DNA from: Lingula anatina
Lineage: Eukaryota; Animalia; Brachiopoda
Length of the DNA: 64,000 nucleotides
Assembly: GCA_051362555.1 (NCBI GenBank)
Contig: CM120641.1
Span: forward strand, 6,820,001-6,884,000
Direction: 5' to 3'
Numbering within the stretch: the first letter of the stretch is position 1; each line of letters begins with the position of its first letter. Shown one piece after another: positions 1-30,605 of this stretch. Under the pieces are notes generated by a model. The model did not search any database, was not told where the DNA came from, and saw only the letters and a list, made by a program, of their open reading frames with translations. The position numbers and the translations under genes are program-made.

Positions 1-578
1 AATTTGTATATAAGTTCAGTATTTGTAAATATTTCATAGTAATGTAAATGTTATTAAAAGTTCTGTACAAATATATCTTTTATACGTGGGACGTCGACGG
101 TAGAGATGATATAAACAGTGGGCAGGTGACAATTCAACTAATAACAGTAACTACTTCCGTAGGTTCCAATCTCTGGGTGCTTTAAGATAGAGCTTGGATA
201 AAATCGGCTGCATTATAAATTCATTTTAATTTAAAAATTATAAGTGGAAACTTGTTGTTGATGAAATGTTTGCCAACAAAAACAGAAACTAAGCACGTCT
301 TGTTCTTACCAGTATTGTTACCTATATTGCAATATTGTTTATTGAAACCTTGCCAATTTTCGTTGAAATTGTCATGATATCTGACAGCTCCTACTTGTTG
401 GCCCACGTTTAGCTGTTTAAAAAATAAAAAAAAATTAAATCAATACATTTTTGTTGTATGTCGTATGTACATTGTGTATTCGACGAATTTTCTATTTAGT
501 CTCAAAAGTGTCGTGTAATACCTTTCATCTACTTTGTTCTTTGCGTTTTATCAAAACACTGAAAGCTTTCCCCGCTTA

Positions 579-813
579 AGCCTAGATTACATTTACACGG
601 GTGTCGTGCGATGAAATTATCCGTACGATTTTTTTTTAGTCGTAAGGAGCTACAAGCTACGCCTAGTCTGTCTACATTACATGGTCTTAAATCCGTGCGA
701 CTTCGCGCGGCCACCGTCTACCTCCGCTCAGACGCCGTACGAAAAGGGTATTACGGGCAGTAGGGCCTATTCGTGCACCGTACGGGCATTGCATTTTAAA
801 TGTTATCTAGGCT
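579..813. mobile_element. MITE, PIF/Harbinger(Tourist)-like
   Basis: Terminal inverted repeats agcctagattacattta and taaatgttatctaggct, flanked by TTA and TAA; non-coding, CpG-rich interior. Confidence 0.6.
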
Positions 814-1274
814 TAAAGCTTATTAGATATATTTAACGTGCATTTGCAAGTTCAAAACGACTTGCATGCAGCATGATTGATGTCGGCATACGTTGCGTAT
901 TGTACATATGCCCTTCTTGTGTTTACCTGTATACGGCAAAGCTCTAGTTGCTTGGTAGGTCACACCAATGCATTGACTACGCAAGCACACAGAAGGTCGA
1001 TAAACAAATCAGTCGTATGTATTGACATATGGGTCGATTATTCATACCTGGTTAAGGAGAAATATGGCCGCCGTGTCATAACATAACCACTGCGATGTCA
1101 TTGCCTTTGGGGAATTTCTCAAGAGATAGGTTTAATTACGTGAGACAAGAGATGATACAGGCAGCATAACCGCACGCGTTCGAGGTGGATGATCATTACA
1201 AAAACATAAGATGTATTGACAGTTGATGGTGTATATATTTGTCTATATAACGGAGACCACCGGCCGTCTCAAGA

Positions 1275-2030
1275 ATGGGCTCCTCGAAAAGTGAAAGCTC
1301 CGACGAAGACGAGAAGTCTGATAAAAAGTCCAAGAAAAAGAAAAGGTCTGGTGCCAAAGAATACCTAAGCCTGAAATCTGGGAAGGGCGAAGACAGCCCC
1401 GAGAAGAAGGTTGAAGAAAAGAGTGCCAACAAGAAAAAAACAAAAACGAAGAAGAAAATCGGTGCTAATGTACATGTAGCTGGACTAAAAGGCTACAAAC
1501 TAAAATCTCTAAAACCTCTCAAAAGACTTGAAGTCGAAGCGACGACGTCCGATATCCTTTGTTCTCTCGTGATCTCCCTACTCATGCTGGGGTTAGGAGT
1601 GACAATAGTATGTGTCGGATACTACGTAACTCACACGTTTGATCTCTACGCAGTCTTAGGTCCTCTAATAACATGTTTGTCAGCTATTTCACTATTCATT
1701 ACAATAATAATCGTCGTAAAAGGAATATCGGGGGCGCTGAGGAGGAAACTAGTCGGTCCATCCCCACCGGCTTCACAAGCTGACTATAATATATTCAATA
1801 CGCATATTCCCCACGAAGGAGACCCTCCTAGATATGGCGAGAAGTACCCAACCCAGTTCTACCCGGTGCAAGCGTGTATTTTGCCTGATAGCACACAGCT
1901 CTACGGGACACCAGTGGACGAGGTTGACGGCACTGTTGAACCACCGCTGATAACTTATGTGGCTGGTCACACCAGTGACGGAGCGGCAATATTTACCGTC
2001 CCTTTACCGCAGGGAAAGACGACTAGCTAG
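1275..2030 (+). CDS. Intronless 251-aa membrane protein with two TM helices, Lys-rich N-terminus and Pro-rich tail with PPxY motif
   Basis: Long ORF with higher GC than its flanks. Two hydrophobic segments (ILCSLVISLLMLGLGVTIVCVGYYV; LYAVLGPLITCLSAISLFITIIIVV), an MGSSKS N-terminus and a DPPRY motif. Family not securely recognised; loose Pirt/TMEM100-type topology. Confidence 0.7.
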   Translation: MGSSKSESSDEDEKSDKKSKKKKRSGAKEYLSLKSGKGEDSPEKKVEEKSANKKKTKTKKKIGANVHVAGLKGYKLKSLKPLKRLEVEATTSDILCSLVISLLMLGLGVTIVCVGYYVTHTFDLYAVLGPLITCLSAISLFITIIIVVKGISGALRRKLVGPSPPASQADYNIFNTHIPHEGDPPRYGEKYPTQFYPVQACILPDSTQLYGTPVDEVDGTVEPPLITYVAGHTSDGAAIFTVPLPQGKTTS

Positions 2031-5000
2031 CAGGAAGGAATCAAAATGAGCATGCCTCACAAGGCAAAATCGATATTGCATTGTCTATTTTATCTTTTGC
2101 TTGGATACAAAAATACAAAATTGACATGGCTCATGTCGATTGGGCCTCCATTTTTTTTAATTACTGATGTTTTAAGGGATTATTTTTAAAGTTTCGTAAT
2201 AGGTGCTGCGTATATGTTTGTTTTCCTTTTTATTAAATCATTTCTCATGCCATACACTATGCTTTGATATGAAAAATATTTTATGCAAAATTATTTTGCT
2301 GGAAGGGTAATGGGTTTGACTAAACTTAAGATCTAACAAAGTTATTGGATCCTAAACGTCGATAGTGATACTGTGATATTCAATTTTAAAAACTTCGAGG
2401 ATGTCTTAGACCATGTTTTCATTTCTTTTTTTACCAAACTTTTACTTATAATATTATTCGGAAATGCATGGTGTCCAGGAATAAGTTGATATGTTTTCGG
2501 ACTTGTTCCAAGGTATTAGTGAATATGTCCCGCCTGTGTGTCGTAATTTGGGTGGAATACCTTTACTCTCGGTTGCAGACTAGGGCCTAACGACCCTTAG
2601 GGTACAGATAATTCAAATAATCTACGCAGATTTTAGTGCTACACTGTATCAGGGCTTTTCTTTAACTCTGTCTCTTGAGTGCATAGAAGTTAAGTAAAGA
2701 AAAAACAATGGGCTGCAGTGAATAGAAAAATGTCAAAAGTGAAGAAGCTGTGAAAAAGATGAAATATAGTTAAGTCCAAGATGGTTAATCCACAAATGAA
2801 AGTACGTTGAGTAGATAGGCGAGCCCTGACATTCTGTCGTTTGCGTATGTAGAAACACAGAGTACACTTAAATTAATAAGTGTACGGTTTAACTACACCT
2901 CTTTTTTACTTTTGTCCCACGTGTTCTCATAAAATATGACCCAGGTGCTATGCTATTGAGCCTTTTTAATGAAACTTCCGTGTGCATTTGGTGAACCACA
3001 TAATTTCGAGTGCTCTTTATAAGACAAAATATTAGGACTCGTGCACTTACCACTCAACGTTCACTTTCTGCTTGGGAGTTCATACACCCTCCTGAAAGTC
3101 CATTGGAGTCCACCCTGGATTTGGGAGTCCACTAGAAACTAACTTGTAATATCACTAGGGTAACTATGCGGCAACGGTATAGGCCCCTCCTAATAGGCCT
3201 AGAGATGCCAGTAACAGATCTGTCTGAAACTCAGGATGAATTCACTCTGGGAAATTTTAAATGGAACTGAACCCAACATGTTTCATCTTCAGTGAGCTAG
3301 TCAGCATTACATGTCATACTTAATTGACTCTGTGCAGTGGTATTTATAAATTGTGCCATTATTATAGGCCTATGTGTCTCTTCATTATTGTATAAACCAG
3401 TAATAAATTTTGTGTTTGTTCACTGTTCTACTTAGTAGATCTACGACTGAAAAAAATCTATATTTAACACTCGTTCTCAATATATAGGCCCAATAGAAGG
3501 AAACAGAAAAGTGAAAGTGAAGTTAGGCCCTACAGATATAGTCGTGAATTCTACTTTTTCTAAATCTCTGGTGATAAAAAGTGATAAATCTGGTTTCTTA
3601 AAAATAAATAACTGAACATTTTAAAATCCGTGCCTTGCTTGTACGGGGGTGGAGTAACGAAGGTTTACCCTATTAAGGCGAAATATTTAGCCTAACAAAA
3701 GTTTTAAAAACAACAATCTTTTTGGATAATATTGGCACGTTATTAATACTAACAAAAATTAGACTGTGATAAAGGGATATTACGAGATGCACGTTTATTT
3801 TTACTGACATTTTGTCCTCAACCTATTTTTTCACAATGCCTGGTAACAAATGTTTTGCAAATTACTTTCTTTGAGAATGCAGTTTTGCCGTGTTTCGCCT
3901 AAAACATTTGACTGTATCCTGTCACCATATTATCTTGCTGATAACAGATGAAATTCAATTGAGGATTGTAGTAATGGTTTAAGTATTACCTCAAACAACT
4001 AAAAACAATGACGTGCGCCAAAAGAAATACAGATTTTTTTTCATTTTTTAAAATCCTGCGACACCATGAAAGTAGCCACAAGCTATTAATTGAGGTGTTT
4101 GAAATAAACATTCAAGACATTTTCTGAAACATTAAATACCATACTCGCTTCCTGAGAAGTTGCAGATTCTTTACTGTAGTAAATATGAACAAGATCGACT
4201 GGGGAATGTGAGATGGCGCTAAGAGCGAAAGTAATGAAGGTTTAAAGTGAAGTTTTTTTTGTGTGAGAACAGATAAATCTAGGAATAATTATTTTTTAAA
4301 GTTTTAGACTGATGTTTAGTTAGTTCCACTTGGACAAAAGTTCTTCCACTCGCTTACTTTTAATGAAATTTTTAAAGAAATGTTAAATGGGATATATATT
4401 GAGAATGAGTGTAAACGTTAGGGCCTATTCGTAAGCACCGTGACCTCAATCACAAAGTTCAATAAAATTTAGGGGTTGCTTTCAAAATCTGTAAAATGGG
4501 CTTTTTACCATAAGATAAAACAATCAAGTGTCGGAAGTGTTATGTTGATTAGGCTGTAGTTTACAACGAACAAGTCAAAATGATGATTGTGTCGAACCTC
4601 TGTCACAATCATGAATGCGTGATCCGTTTATGAATGGGATTGTGTTTGTTGAGAACGTCATTCCGCGAAGCATGTGGGCAATCACGTGACCAGAAGTGAC
4701 TGGAATCATAAACACAGGACGGGACGATGGATAATGGAGCCCAAACGAACAGATCCAGATGGCGAAAATTTTGTCGAAATGAGTTACTGCAACCGCTCCA
4801 ACAGCGTTCAACCTGTACAGTAGATACGGTGAAGACACTTGACACCAGTTGATGTCTAGTTTTAGCATACTTTTTTGCGATTGACGAAATATGAAGCCAG
4901 ATCAAGGTCAGTAATGGTAAAATTACCTTGTTTGGGTTCGGTCGACAAGGGGGTCATTGAGTAGACTGTTTTATGAAAACTTTGTTGAGATTAAAAGCAT

Positions 5001-5299
5001 ATTATACTTATTAAGTGTCTCTTTTTATCAAAAATATGTAAAAGATGGTTATTTATTGCAAGATATTTTGTTGTCGAGACATATTTTTAACCGAACTCGC
5101 CCAACGACGACCTTGTGTGCCACGAATAACATCGGGATAACAAGGGCAAAACAGTCTTGGTATGCCTTTTTTCCAAAGAATTCAACAACAGTCTTTTGTA
5201 ATTGTGAAAATGAATCACTCTTTTTCAAGAATTTTGCTTCAAAGATACAGTATATGTTAAGGAATCGTTGATTGGAACTCGTAAATTACTGCATCCGTC

Positions 5300-5447
5300 A
5301 AACAGCCCCGCATCAGCTGATCGCGTTGATTATCCATGTCGGGGCACGTTAGCCGCTCGTTTGCTCAACGGTACAATGGATTTCGTACAGCTGTGGCCCC
5401 AATGCTGATGTAACTAAATGGCAACGTAGAAAAATTGATCAGGACAA
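5300..5447 (+). other. Candidate non-coding first exon of ATOS with short upstream ORFs
   Basis: CpG-rich segment ending in donor caa|gtaagg at 5447/5448, after which CpG density drops. Short ATG-stop ORFs at 5336-5413, 5376-5408 and 5418-5429. Start coordinate is approximate. Confidence 0.4.
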
Positions 5448-7206
5448 GTAAGGGAAGCCAAGTAGAAGTCTCAGGCTATGAAATGAGTAACTTGTATTAG
5501 ATTAATCAGTTTTACAGAGATGCTCAGAGGTTTGGAGGACTGGTTGTGCAGTATATGGTGGTTATTTTTCTTTCCGCTAGCCAACAAAAAGGGATTAATT
5601 CAACTAGAAATTAAACAATTCGCCCGTGCCTGTCCTGCCTTTGATCTGCTTTATCCAAATAAAGGCTAGCATGCTCACAAAGCTGGCTGTTTATTCCTGT
5701 ATATTGGCAACATTGTGGATTTTTCAAGGGTGACGGGTTGGGGTGTAATGTAGCTGGATATTTATATTGTTTATATGTCGAAATTTGAGTACAGGTGTTG
5801 GTGTTTATTTTTTTCTGCTCTGGCCAGGTGATATGACTGGTTCATGTGAGACCATTAGTTATAAAAGCCTGAATCCATTACCTTTATGAAAATCATCACG
5901 GTAATACATTCTTGGTTATTTATGTTATACCAACACGGGGTACAGAATAGATAAAAGGATCATATATGATAGGGCTACTGCTGTGAAGATAGGTGGCTTT
6001 TCACCTGATATATCATCAGGTGAAATGGGAAAAGAGGTCTCGCCAGATGTTTTTCACCTTGAATATTCATTTGCATTCCATGCCCAGATAGAGTGATAAC
6101 ATTTAGCAAGCTGAGATAAATAGCAATGAAGACAGGAGTATTTCTGCCCCTAGACTGGAATTGTTTGCCCATACTTACTGATTCATGCACCCTTTTTAAT
6201 GAATTTCTGATAGGCCCAAATCCTCTAGGCTTTTAGTTGATCTATAGCAATATTGATTATACATTCATGTTGTTTGGTACATGTATACTTCACCTTTATA
6301 AAATCTCTGTATTATTCAGATTCATGTTCTGGTAGCCATAACACAGTATCTTGAAGAAGCTGAAATATATGAATAAAAAATGAGTAGACACTCTCATGTC
6401 CACAGAAACTGGCTCTCATGTTTAAGACCCCATTCATCGATAAACCCCATCTTTGTCTCTCACTGAAAACATCAAGTAGCATGTACGGAAAAGCTGGTGA
6501 TTATACAAGGACGTTGGAAATGATGAGGCGTGTCATTCGATTAAGCTGATTGCAGTCAGCGACAGTCCTGGCAGAGTTGGATTGATCTACATAGACCACT
6601 GGTGTCTATGGGAATGGAGTCTCAGAACAAACACAGTAATGCAATATGGAAACTGTGCAATTACATTAGGATTTTCACAATTCCTTTATGAAATAGGGTA
6701 ATATCAAATTATGTTGGTTTTATATTAACATACATATGTGTTACTGATGTCCCCATGATACTTTTCATATGGATTATGCATAATTGGTTTATTTCTGGAC
6801 AAATGAGACATTAAACTTCTATTTTGTAGCTTAAGTGTTTCTGTTATGGCTTGGGAGTGGATGATGAATCACAGCACGTTATTGGGAAATAGACAATTTT
6901 GTATCTAAATTGTCAATCTCCAAAATGACACCTAATGGTTGTTCTGTAGCTATCTATAAATAAAGTTATTTATACATGTCCAAGGCCTTGATCTCACTTG
7001 ATGAGGTCATGATGACAACAAGGATATAAAGTTTATAAAGATTATTTAGTATACGCTTGAGAATAAATGTCTATATTATTATTTAATTTTCATCTTTTCA
7101 TTTATTTACTGAATTTGAAATAATAACAGAGGTGATGTTGCTTAAGAATGAAGATTTCTGCTGACCTTAACTAGTTTATGTCAGATATGAAATAATAATA
7201 AAGACA

Positions 7207-9963
7207 TTTTTATGTACAGACACAGATGTGTCTGTACATATAGCCATCATCTGCGTCTGTCGTCGCCGTCGCCGTCGTCGCCGTCGTCGCTGTCGTCGCC
7301 GTCGTCGCCGTCGCCGTGCACTTTTACCGATAACACGATAAGTGGAAAACCATTTTACCTTTTGACTTGAAACTTGCAGAACTGATGAATATTCATAATA
7401 CGCAGGTCAAGTTCAAAAATCAGCATGATCGGGTCACTTTTAGGGAATTTATGCTGTTTTTTCACTTTTTTCAGCATATATGCAGCACCGATAACACGAT
7501 AAGTGGAAAACCATTTTACCTTTTGACTTGAAACTTGCAGAACTGATGAATATTCATAATACGCAGGTCAAGTTCGAAAATCAGCATGATCGGGTCACTT
7601 TTAGGTAATTTATGCTGTTTTTTCACTTTTTTCAGCATATATGCAGCACCGATAACACGATAAGTGGAAAACCATTTTACCTTTTGACTTGAAACTTACA
7701 GAACTGATGAATATTCATAATACGCAGGTCAAGTTCGAAAATCAGCATGATCGGGTCACTTTTAGGGAATTTATGCTGTTTTTCACTTTTTTCAGCATAT
7801 ATGCAGCACCGATAACATGATAAGTGGAAAACCATTTTACCTTTTGACTTGAAACTTACAGAACTGATGAATATTCATAATACGCAGGTCAAGTTCGAAA
7901 ATCAGCATGATCGGGTCACTTTTAGGTAATTTATGCTGTTTTTTCACTTTTTTCAGCATATATGCAGCACCGATAATACGATAAGTGGAAAACCATTTTA
8001 CCTTTTGACTTGAAACTTACAGAACTGATGAATATTCATAATACGCAGGTCAAGTTCGAAAATCAGCATGATTGGGCTATTTTGAGGGAATTTATGCTGT
8101 TTTTTCACTATTTTCAATATAAATGCAACACTGATAACACAATATAAGAAAAACGGATTGGCCAATTGTAATTATACTCACAGGAGTGGTCAATCTTACT
8201 AAAACGCAGGTTGACTTCGAAAATCAGCATAATCGGGCCATTATTTTAGAAGTTATACTGTTTTTTTCACATTTCCTCAGATTCAATTCTTTAGCATGTT
8301 AACAGTCTCATTATTTAACTAATAAGATGCCTAAAAGTGTTTGTTTGATATTTCCTGCATCTTTACAACATTGTTAGTTGATTATGTAAAAAACATGGTA
8401 AACTTGTTATCATGTATTGTGTAATAAATTGTCAAAAATGGAAATAAACTCATATCATTGCAGTTTGTCAGATTCAATCATCCACTATGTTCAGAATCTC
8501 AGAATGGAGGAAATTGGACATTTAACACTGTTCTATTGATACTTTTCCCATCTCATCAATTTTATTAGTTGGTCATATAAAAATGGCAGTAAAATGTTTA
8601 TTTTGTTTTATGTTAAAAATGGAAATAAACCCATTTCAGAACAGTGCTGTCTTGTTTACATTTTGGCATTTTCAAGGCGTGACTTTGAAGTTCCATGGGC
8701 CTGAAGACCTTTGCTAGTCACATTTTCTGAATATCTGTGATACAAATATTTTATAATTAAAAATTGATGGTCATTAAGCTGTTAAACATTATGTAATATT
8801 GCATCAAAATTTGAAGAAACCCCTATTTTGGGCACTGCTTCCATGATGACCATTTAAGGAAAATCATGTCACTTGCTGTTCTCAAACTTACAGGAAAGAA
8901 ACATGGGACTAAAATACAGCTTCAGTAGGCAATGCAGTCTGTTTGGTATTTTTATATTATTATTATTTTTTTTTTTTTTTTTTGGCAGTTAAACAGTTTT
9001 TTGTGAAAATTTAATTTTTCACATATTGGCATTTTCAAGGTGTGACTTTAAAGAGCTTAGATGAAATGTAGACCTGTAGTAGATGTGTCTTTAATCTTCC
9101 ATGATCATGATCATATTACATTTAATTTGGGATACGGCACAGCACAAATCATAAAGGTCAGTGTAAAAATTTGAGGACAAAGGGTTTTCAAAAGATTAAA
9201 GAAACATCTACTACAGGTCTACATTTCATCTAAGCTCTTTAAAAGTCACACCTTGAAAATGCCAATATGTGAAATATTGCTTATCACATTTTCTGAATGT
9301 CCATGTTACTAATATTTTATTAATAACATTTGATTGTCATTATGCTGTTAAACATTATTTAAAGCAATAATAACTCTTCGTTTCGGCCAAAAAATGAATT
9401 TTCCTGGAGTAAACAACAATTTTCCCATACTTAGCAATGGTTAATGAATCCATTTTTACATTCAAAGTTAGTCCCTGGTTTTTTTCTAAAAAGTTTGGTT
9501 TTTTGTTAAAATCTCTTAAGAGATTTTAACAGAGTATAGACATCAATGGAGGTCACGTGGTCTAAAGACAAGTTCAGATATCAGAATAAAAGCTATAACT
9601 GCTGTTTTTGTGGTAAAACAGAATATATTATATTTCTACGAGTTATTCACAAGGTTTTTATTGTGAAATATAGATCTCATACGAAGAGTTATTATCCCTT
9701 TAATGTTGTATCAAAATTTGAAGAAACCCCTATTTTGGGCACTGCTCCTATGATGACCATTTAAGGGAAATCATGTCACTTACTGTTCTCAAACTTATAG
9801 GAAAGAAACATGGGACTAAAATACAGCTTCAATAGGCAACGCTGTCTGTTTGGTAAATTTTTCTGGCAATTTAACAGTTTTTTGTGAAAATTTAATTTTT
9901 CACTTATTTGCATCTTTATTTTCTGTTCTTTGTCTGTACATTTGACAGCTTTGCTGCCTTGTT
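7207..9963 (+). mobile_element. Non-autonomous Helentron/HINE-like element (copy 1) with internal satellite array
   Basis: Starts in a T-run, then 5' palindrome tgtacagacac-aga-tgtgtctgtaca, a (GTC/GCC)n microsatellite and ~6 x 161-bp tandem repeats. Ends with subterminal inverted motif tgtctgtaca, short stem-loop gacagctttgctgcc and ttgtt. Same termini as 20245-23841. Confidence 0.85.
7327..8280 (+). repeat. ~161-bp satellite-like tandem array, 6 units, last degenerate
   Basis: Unit start ccgataacacgataagtggaaaacc recurs at about 7327, 7488, 7649, 7809, 7970 and 8130. Confidence 0.95.
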
Positions 9964-9991
9964 GATTTTATTGCTAGGTCTGTCTCAGGAT

Positions 9992-27314
<17,323 letters not shown>

Positions 27315-30300
27315 TGACACCTCCTTTTAGACATTTACAACAAATATTTAATTGATAAATTATTTAAAAAATCCCAGCAGAAAAAAACAACATCTCATGC
27401 TTGGTATATTTTGGAAAGAAGACAATTACAACTCTGACCAGAACATTCTTACACATGCGACATGTAATATAATGTATATTTTTGGAAAAGAACAAGTGCT
27501 TTTCAGCCCATACTGTGTAGAAAATTCATGTGGAGTAACACTGGGGATATAAACAGAAGTTACAATACCACACTTGGGGAAAGCACTTAGCAACAACTGT
27601 TTTAAGTGCAACAGTCTAAAGAAGGATATGTCTTCTTCTTGTTCAAGGAAAACCACGAAGTTATATCCAAAAAAACTGTATAGTCTGTGACAAAATTGTT
27701 GAGCCCATAAACAAAATATATGTTATGGAAATGAAACTTAGCAACAACTTTATTAAGTGCAGTAGTCTTTGGATTAATATGTCCTCTGAGGTAGAAAAAA
27801 ACCATCGAGTTGTGTCAACAAAATGTATATTACATGTGACAAAACGTGGTAATGTGAAGGCCATTGAGGCAGAATTTCTCAAAGCCAGCAACTGGAGATT
27901 ATTGTTGGGCCTATTTAAACTTGAAATTCAACAGTGCCCAGGATGTTCGTGGTTATTAATGAAGTTGTGTTAGGTTTAAGGTTTGATAAAGGCATGTGTC
28001 TACAGAGACTAATTAATTTATTAAATATGATGCACTGGTGAAGGGGAGAGTTTGATGTTGTCACTTTGGGAAAGGTTTTACTGCATTTCTGCCGTGAAAA
28101 TCTTACTGGTGGTTTGTGTGGTGTTTTAATTTCTGCCTTCTAATCTTGTACCTTGGGCGTTTTATCAGAATTGCTTCAACTTAGTAACTTAAAACAGGAA
28201 TGTGCTTCCTGTCATGTGCATGTAATATCACTCATACCTGCATTTTCATTCTTGTATTGAACTTCATGTTCAGGGATAGATTTGTATCTATTGTTAATCT
28301 TATTTCATACAACCCTTTTAACGAGTTCATATATCATCTTCCATCATGGGTTTTTCTTTTCCATATTTATTTTGTTTGTAGTGGAATTCACTATGGTTTG
28401 GGTATTAGTTAAAAGTTGGGACGAATGCTCACTAAGAGTGAACAGCTAGAATTTCGTATGGTGTGGTTTGTATGCAAGACGTTGATTTGATTATTGGAAA
28501 TTAATTTTGCTTCTAGAGAATGGGTTTGGTGAGGCGATTTTTGTGACTGTGAAATGTAAAGGGTTAAGTCGTTTGAACTGCTGTAATTCTGATATTGATT
28601 TAAAAGAAAGAATCGTAACCAAGTCTGTTGGAAAGATGGTTTGTGAAAATATATTAGGGAAGAACTGACGTGCTTTTAGTGTTTCTGAAGTTGTTTTCAA
28701 ACAAGCGTGTTATATGATCGCCTAATGATGGTAGTGACATTTAAAAGGAATTAACATTTGTATGAACTGAATCATCACCTGGTGCTCTAAAATTACCAAT
28801 ATATAAATCAATTACTGTCGTGATTCTTCTGAGGTTTTTGCCTTTTCGGTTAAACGGTGGCAACGTGATAGTTGGCTCAAAAAGTTTGGCGTGTAGAAGA
28901 TGATCTTTTAATTTATTATTCTTCAACTTAAGAATCGCTGTATCTTAAATTATTTATTATTACTCTCTCAATATAGTAAAATCCATTATATAGTGAGAAT
29001 AAAATTACTGGTATAAACTGAAAACGTGTTTGTCTAATTATTTTCCTAAGTAACATTGAAAACGGAAGATTTTGTTCACAAAAAGACAAGAAGTTGGTAG
29101 GTGAAACCGCAGGACTTGACAAAAGCTATGATAGTTTTAACGGTAGAATTTAAAAAAAAGCTTACCCCTCGCCTAGTCTGTACTTGAAAGGAGGATAAGA
29201 ACAGCAACATCTTAATATTTCTTTGTCTATATCACGTATACGTTTTTTAATACTTGTTTCAAATTCAGTTCATGTGTGGCGTGTGTTCAAGACATGCATT
29301 TAATATTCCCATTGAAAACTGAGTTTCAGAACGTTTGCATGTTCATCGTGCGTTTCAGTGTTAACTGAAACTGAGCGTCGGTCGTATTGAATAAAACACA
29401 AGGTGCTTTGTTTTTCTGGCTGAGGTGAAACATCTGGCACGTTTTTTTTTCTTTTTCGATATATTATTCTGACTTCGTGACCGCCATATGAGCTGAAAAA
29501 CGCGTACTAAGAACTTCATGAAAACTGCCATTCCCATAACGCATCCGCTTTCAATTACATGAAACTTTCGTGAAATGTCAAATGTGACAACAAGAACAAA
29601 TTTGGTAAATATAAATTATGAAAAACGCAAAGAGGCCACGAAGGTGTTTGCGCAGACTCACTTAATATGATTTTGTAGGTGGGAAATCAGTGTTGTTATT
29701 TTGGAAAAGGTTTAATGTTCCTCCTTTACAAATCTTACTGGTAGTTAATACATGATGCTTTCATTTTTTATCTAAGATAATAAAATTGTGTCATCTTCGA
29801 CGTCTTTCTCTCACAGATAATTGTCACCAGAGATTTAATGTTCTTTATTAAATTAAAACTGTTTAAAATACCAGCGTATTAAGGTCCTCCTCAACTCGTC
29901 ATCCTGGGACCTCCGTGGACGCGTATTATATGTGCTTCTAGCTTGGGCGTTCCCACTGCTTCCGACGGACAGTCTGCCTTTACCTTCAACTGTGTGCTGA
30001 AACATGTGACATAAGAATGGGTATCGTATTTACCAGTTTGAGAGCATTTACGTATGACACAAAGCTGTTTATTATAAAGAAGATAAAATGACTTTTTTCT
30101 CCCATGGTTGATCTCATAGGCTACATCCTCTAAAGAGCAAGTCATCACTATTTAATTATTCATTACAGTTGATAATATCAATATTTCGCAATGATTCATG
30201 CTGTACACACAATGTGAAATAACTATACCAATCGCCAGGGGAAGAGCAAATTTCTGGCGTTTGCTACCCTAATGATTTTTTCACAGACCAGTCTGTTTAG

Positions 30301-30553
30301 CCATGTATGTATCCATATTAGGGACAGTTATTGAAAATAGTGCTATGAGTATTCGAACACCTTGGGTTTCAGAAAACTGACGTTGATTTTCTTTCACACA
30401 ATAGATGTTCTTTGTGACCTTGTCAGTTAATGAAAACGACCTCTTGTTATAGTCTTTGATATCCGGGTTGATTTTAGTCTTTCCTGGTTAGTGCAAAGTG
30501 AGAAGTTTTCGGTTGACTTAGAAACCCAGGGTGCTTACCGTGTGTGCTTTTAA

Positions 30554-30603
<50 letters not shown>
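30554..30603. repeat. (AAT)n microsatellite
   Basis: About 16 aat units. Confidence 0.95.

Positions 30604-30605
<2 letters not shown>

Noticed and set aside
3903-5257. Possible ~1.35-kb TIR element (aacatttgactgtatc / gatacagtatatgtt) and ORFs 4575-5271
   Set aside because: The inverted match is short and imperfect, there is no clear TSD, and the ORFs lack transposase motifs. Not supportable without a repeat library.
7327-8280. Tandem array as a CRISPR-like locus
   Set aside because: Units are whole ~161-bp near-identical monomers with no unique spacers; the context is a eukaryotic intron with no cas genes.
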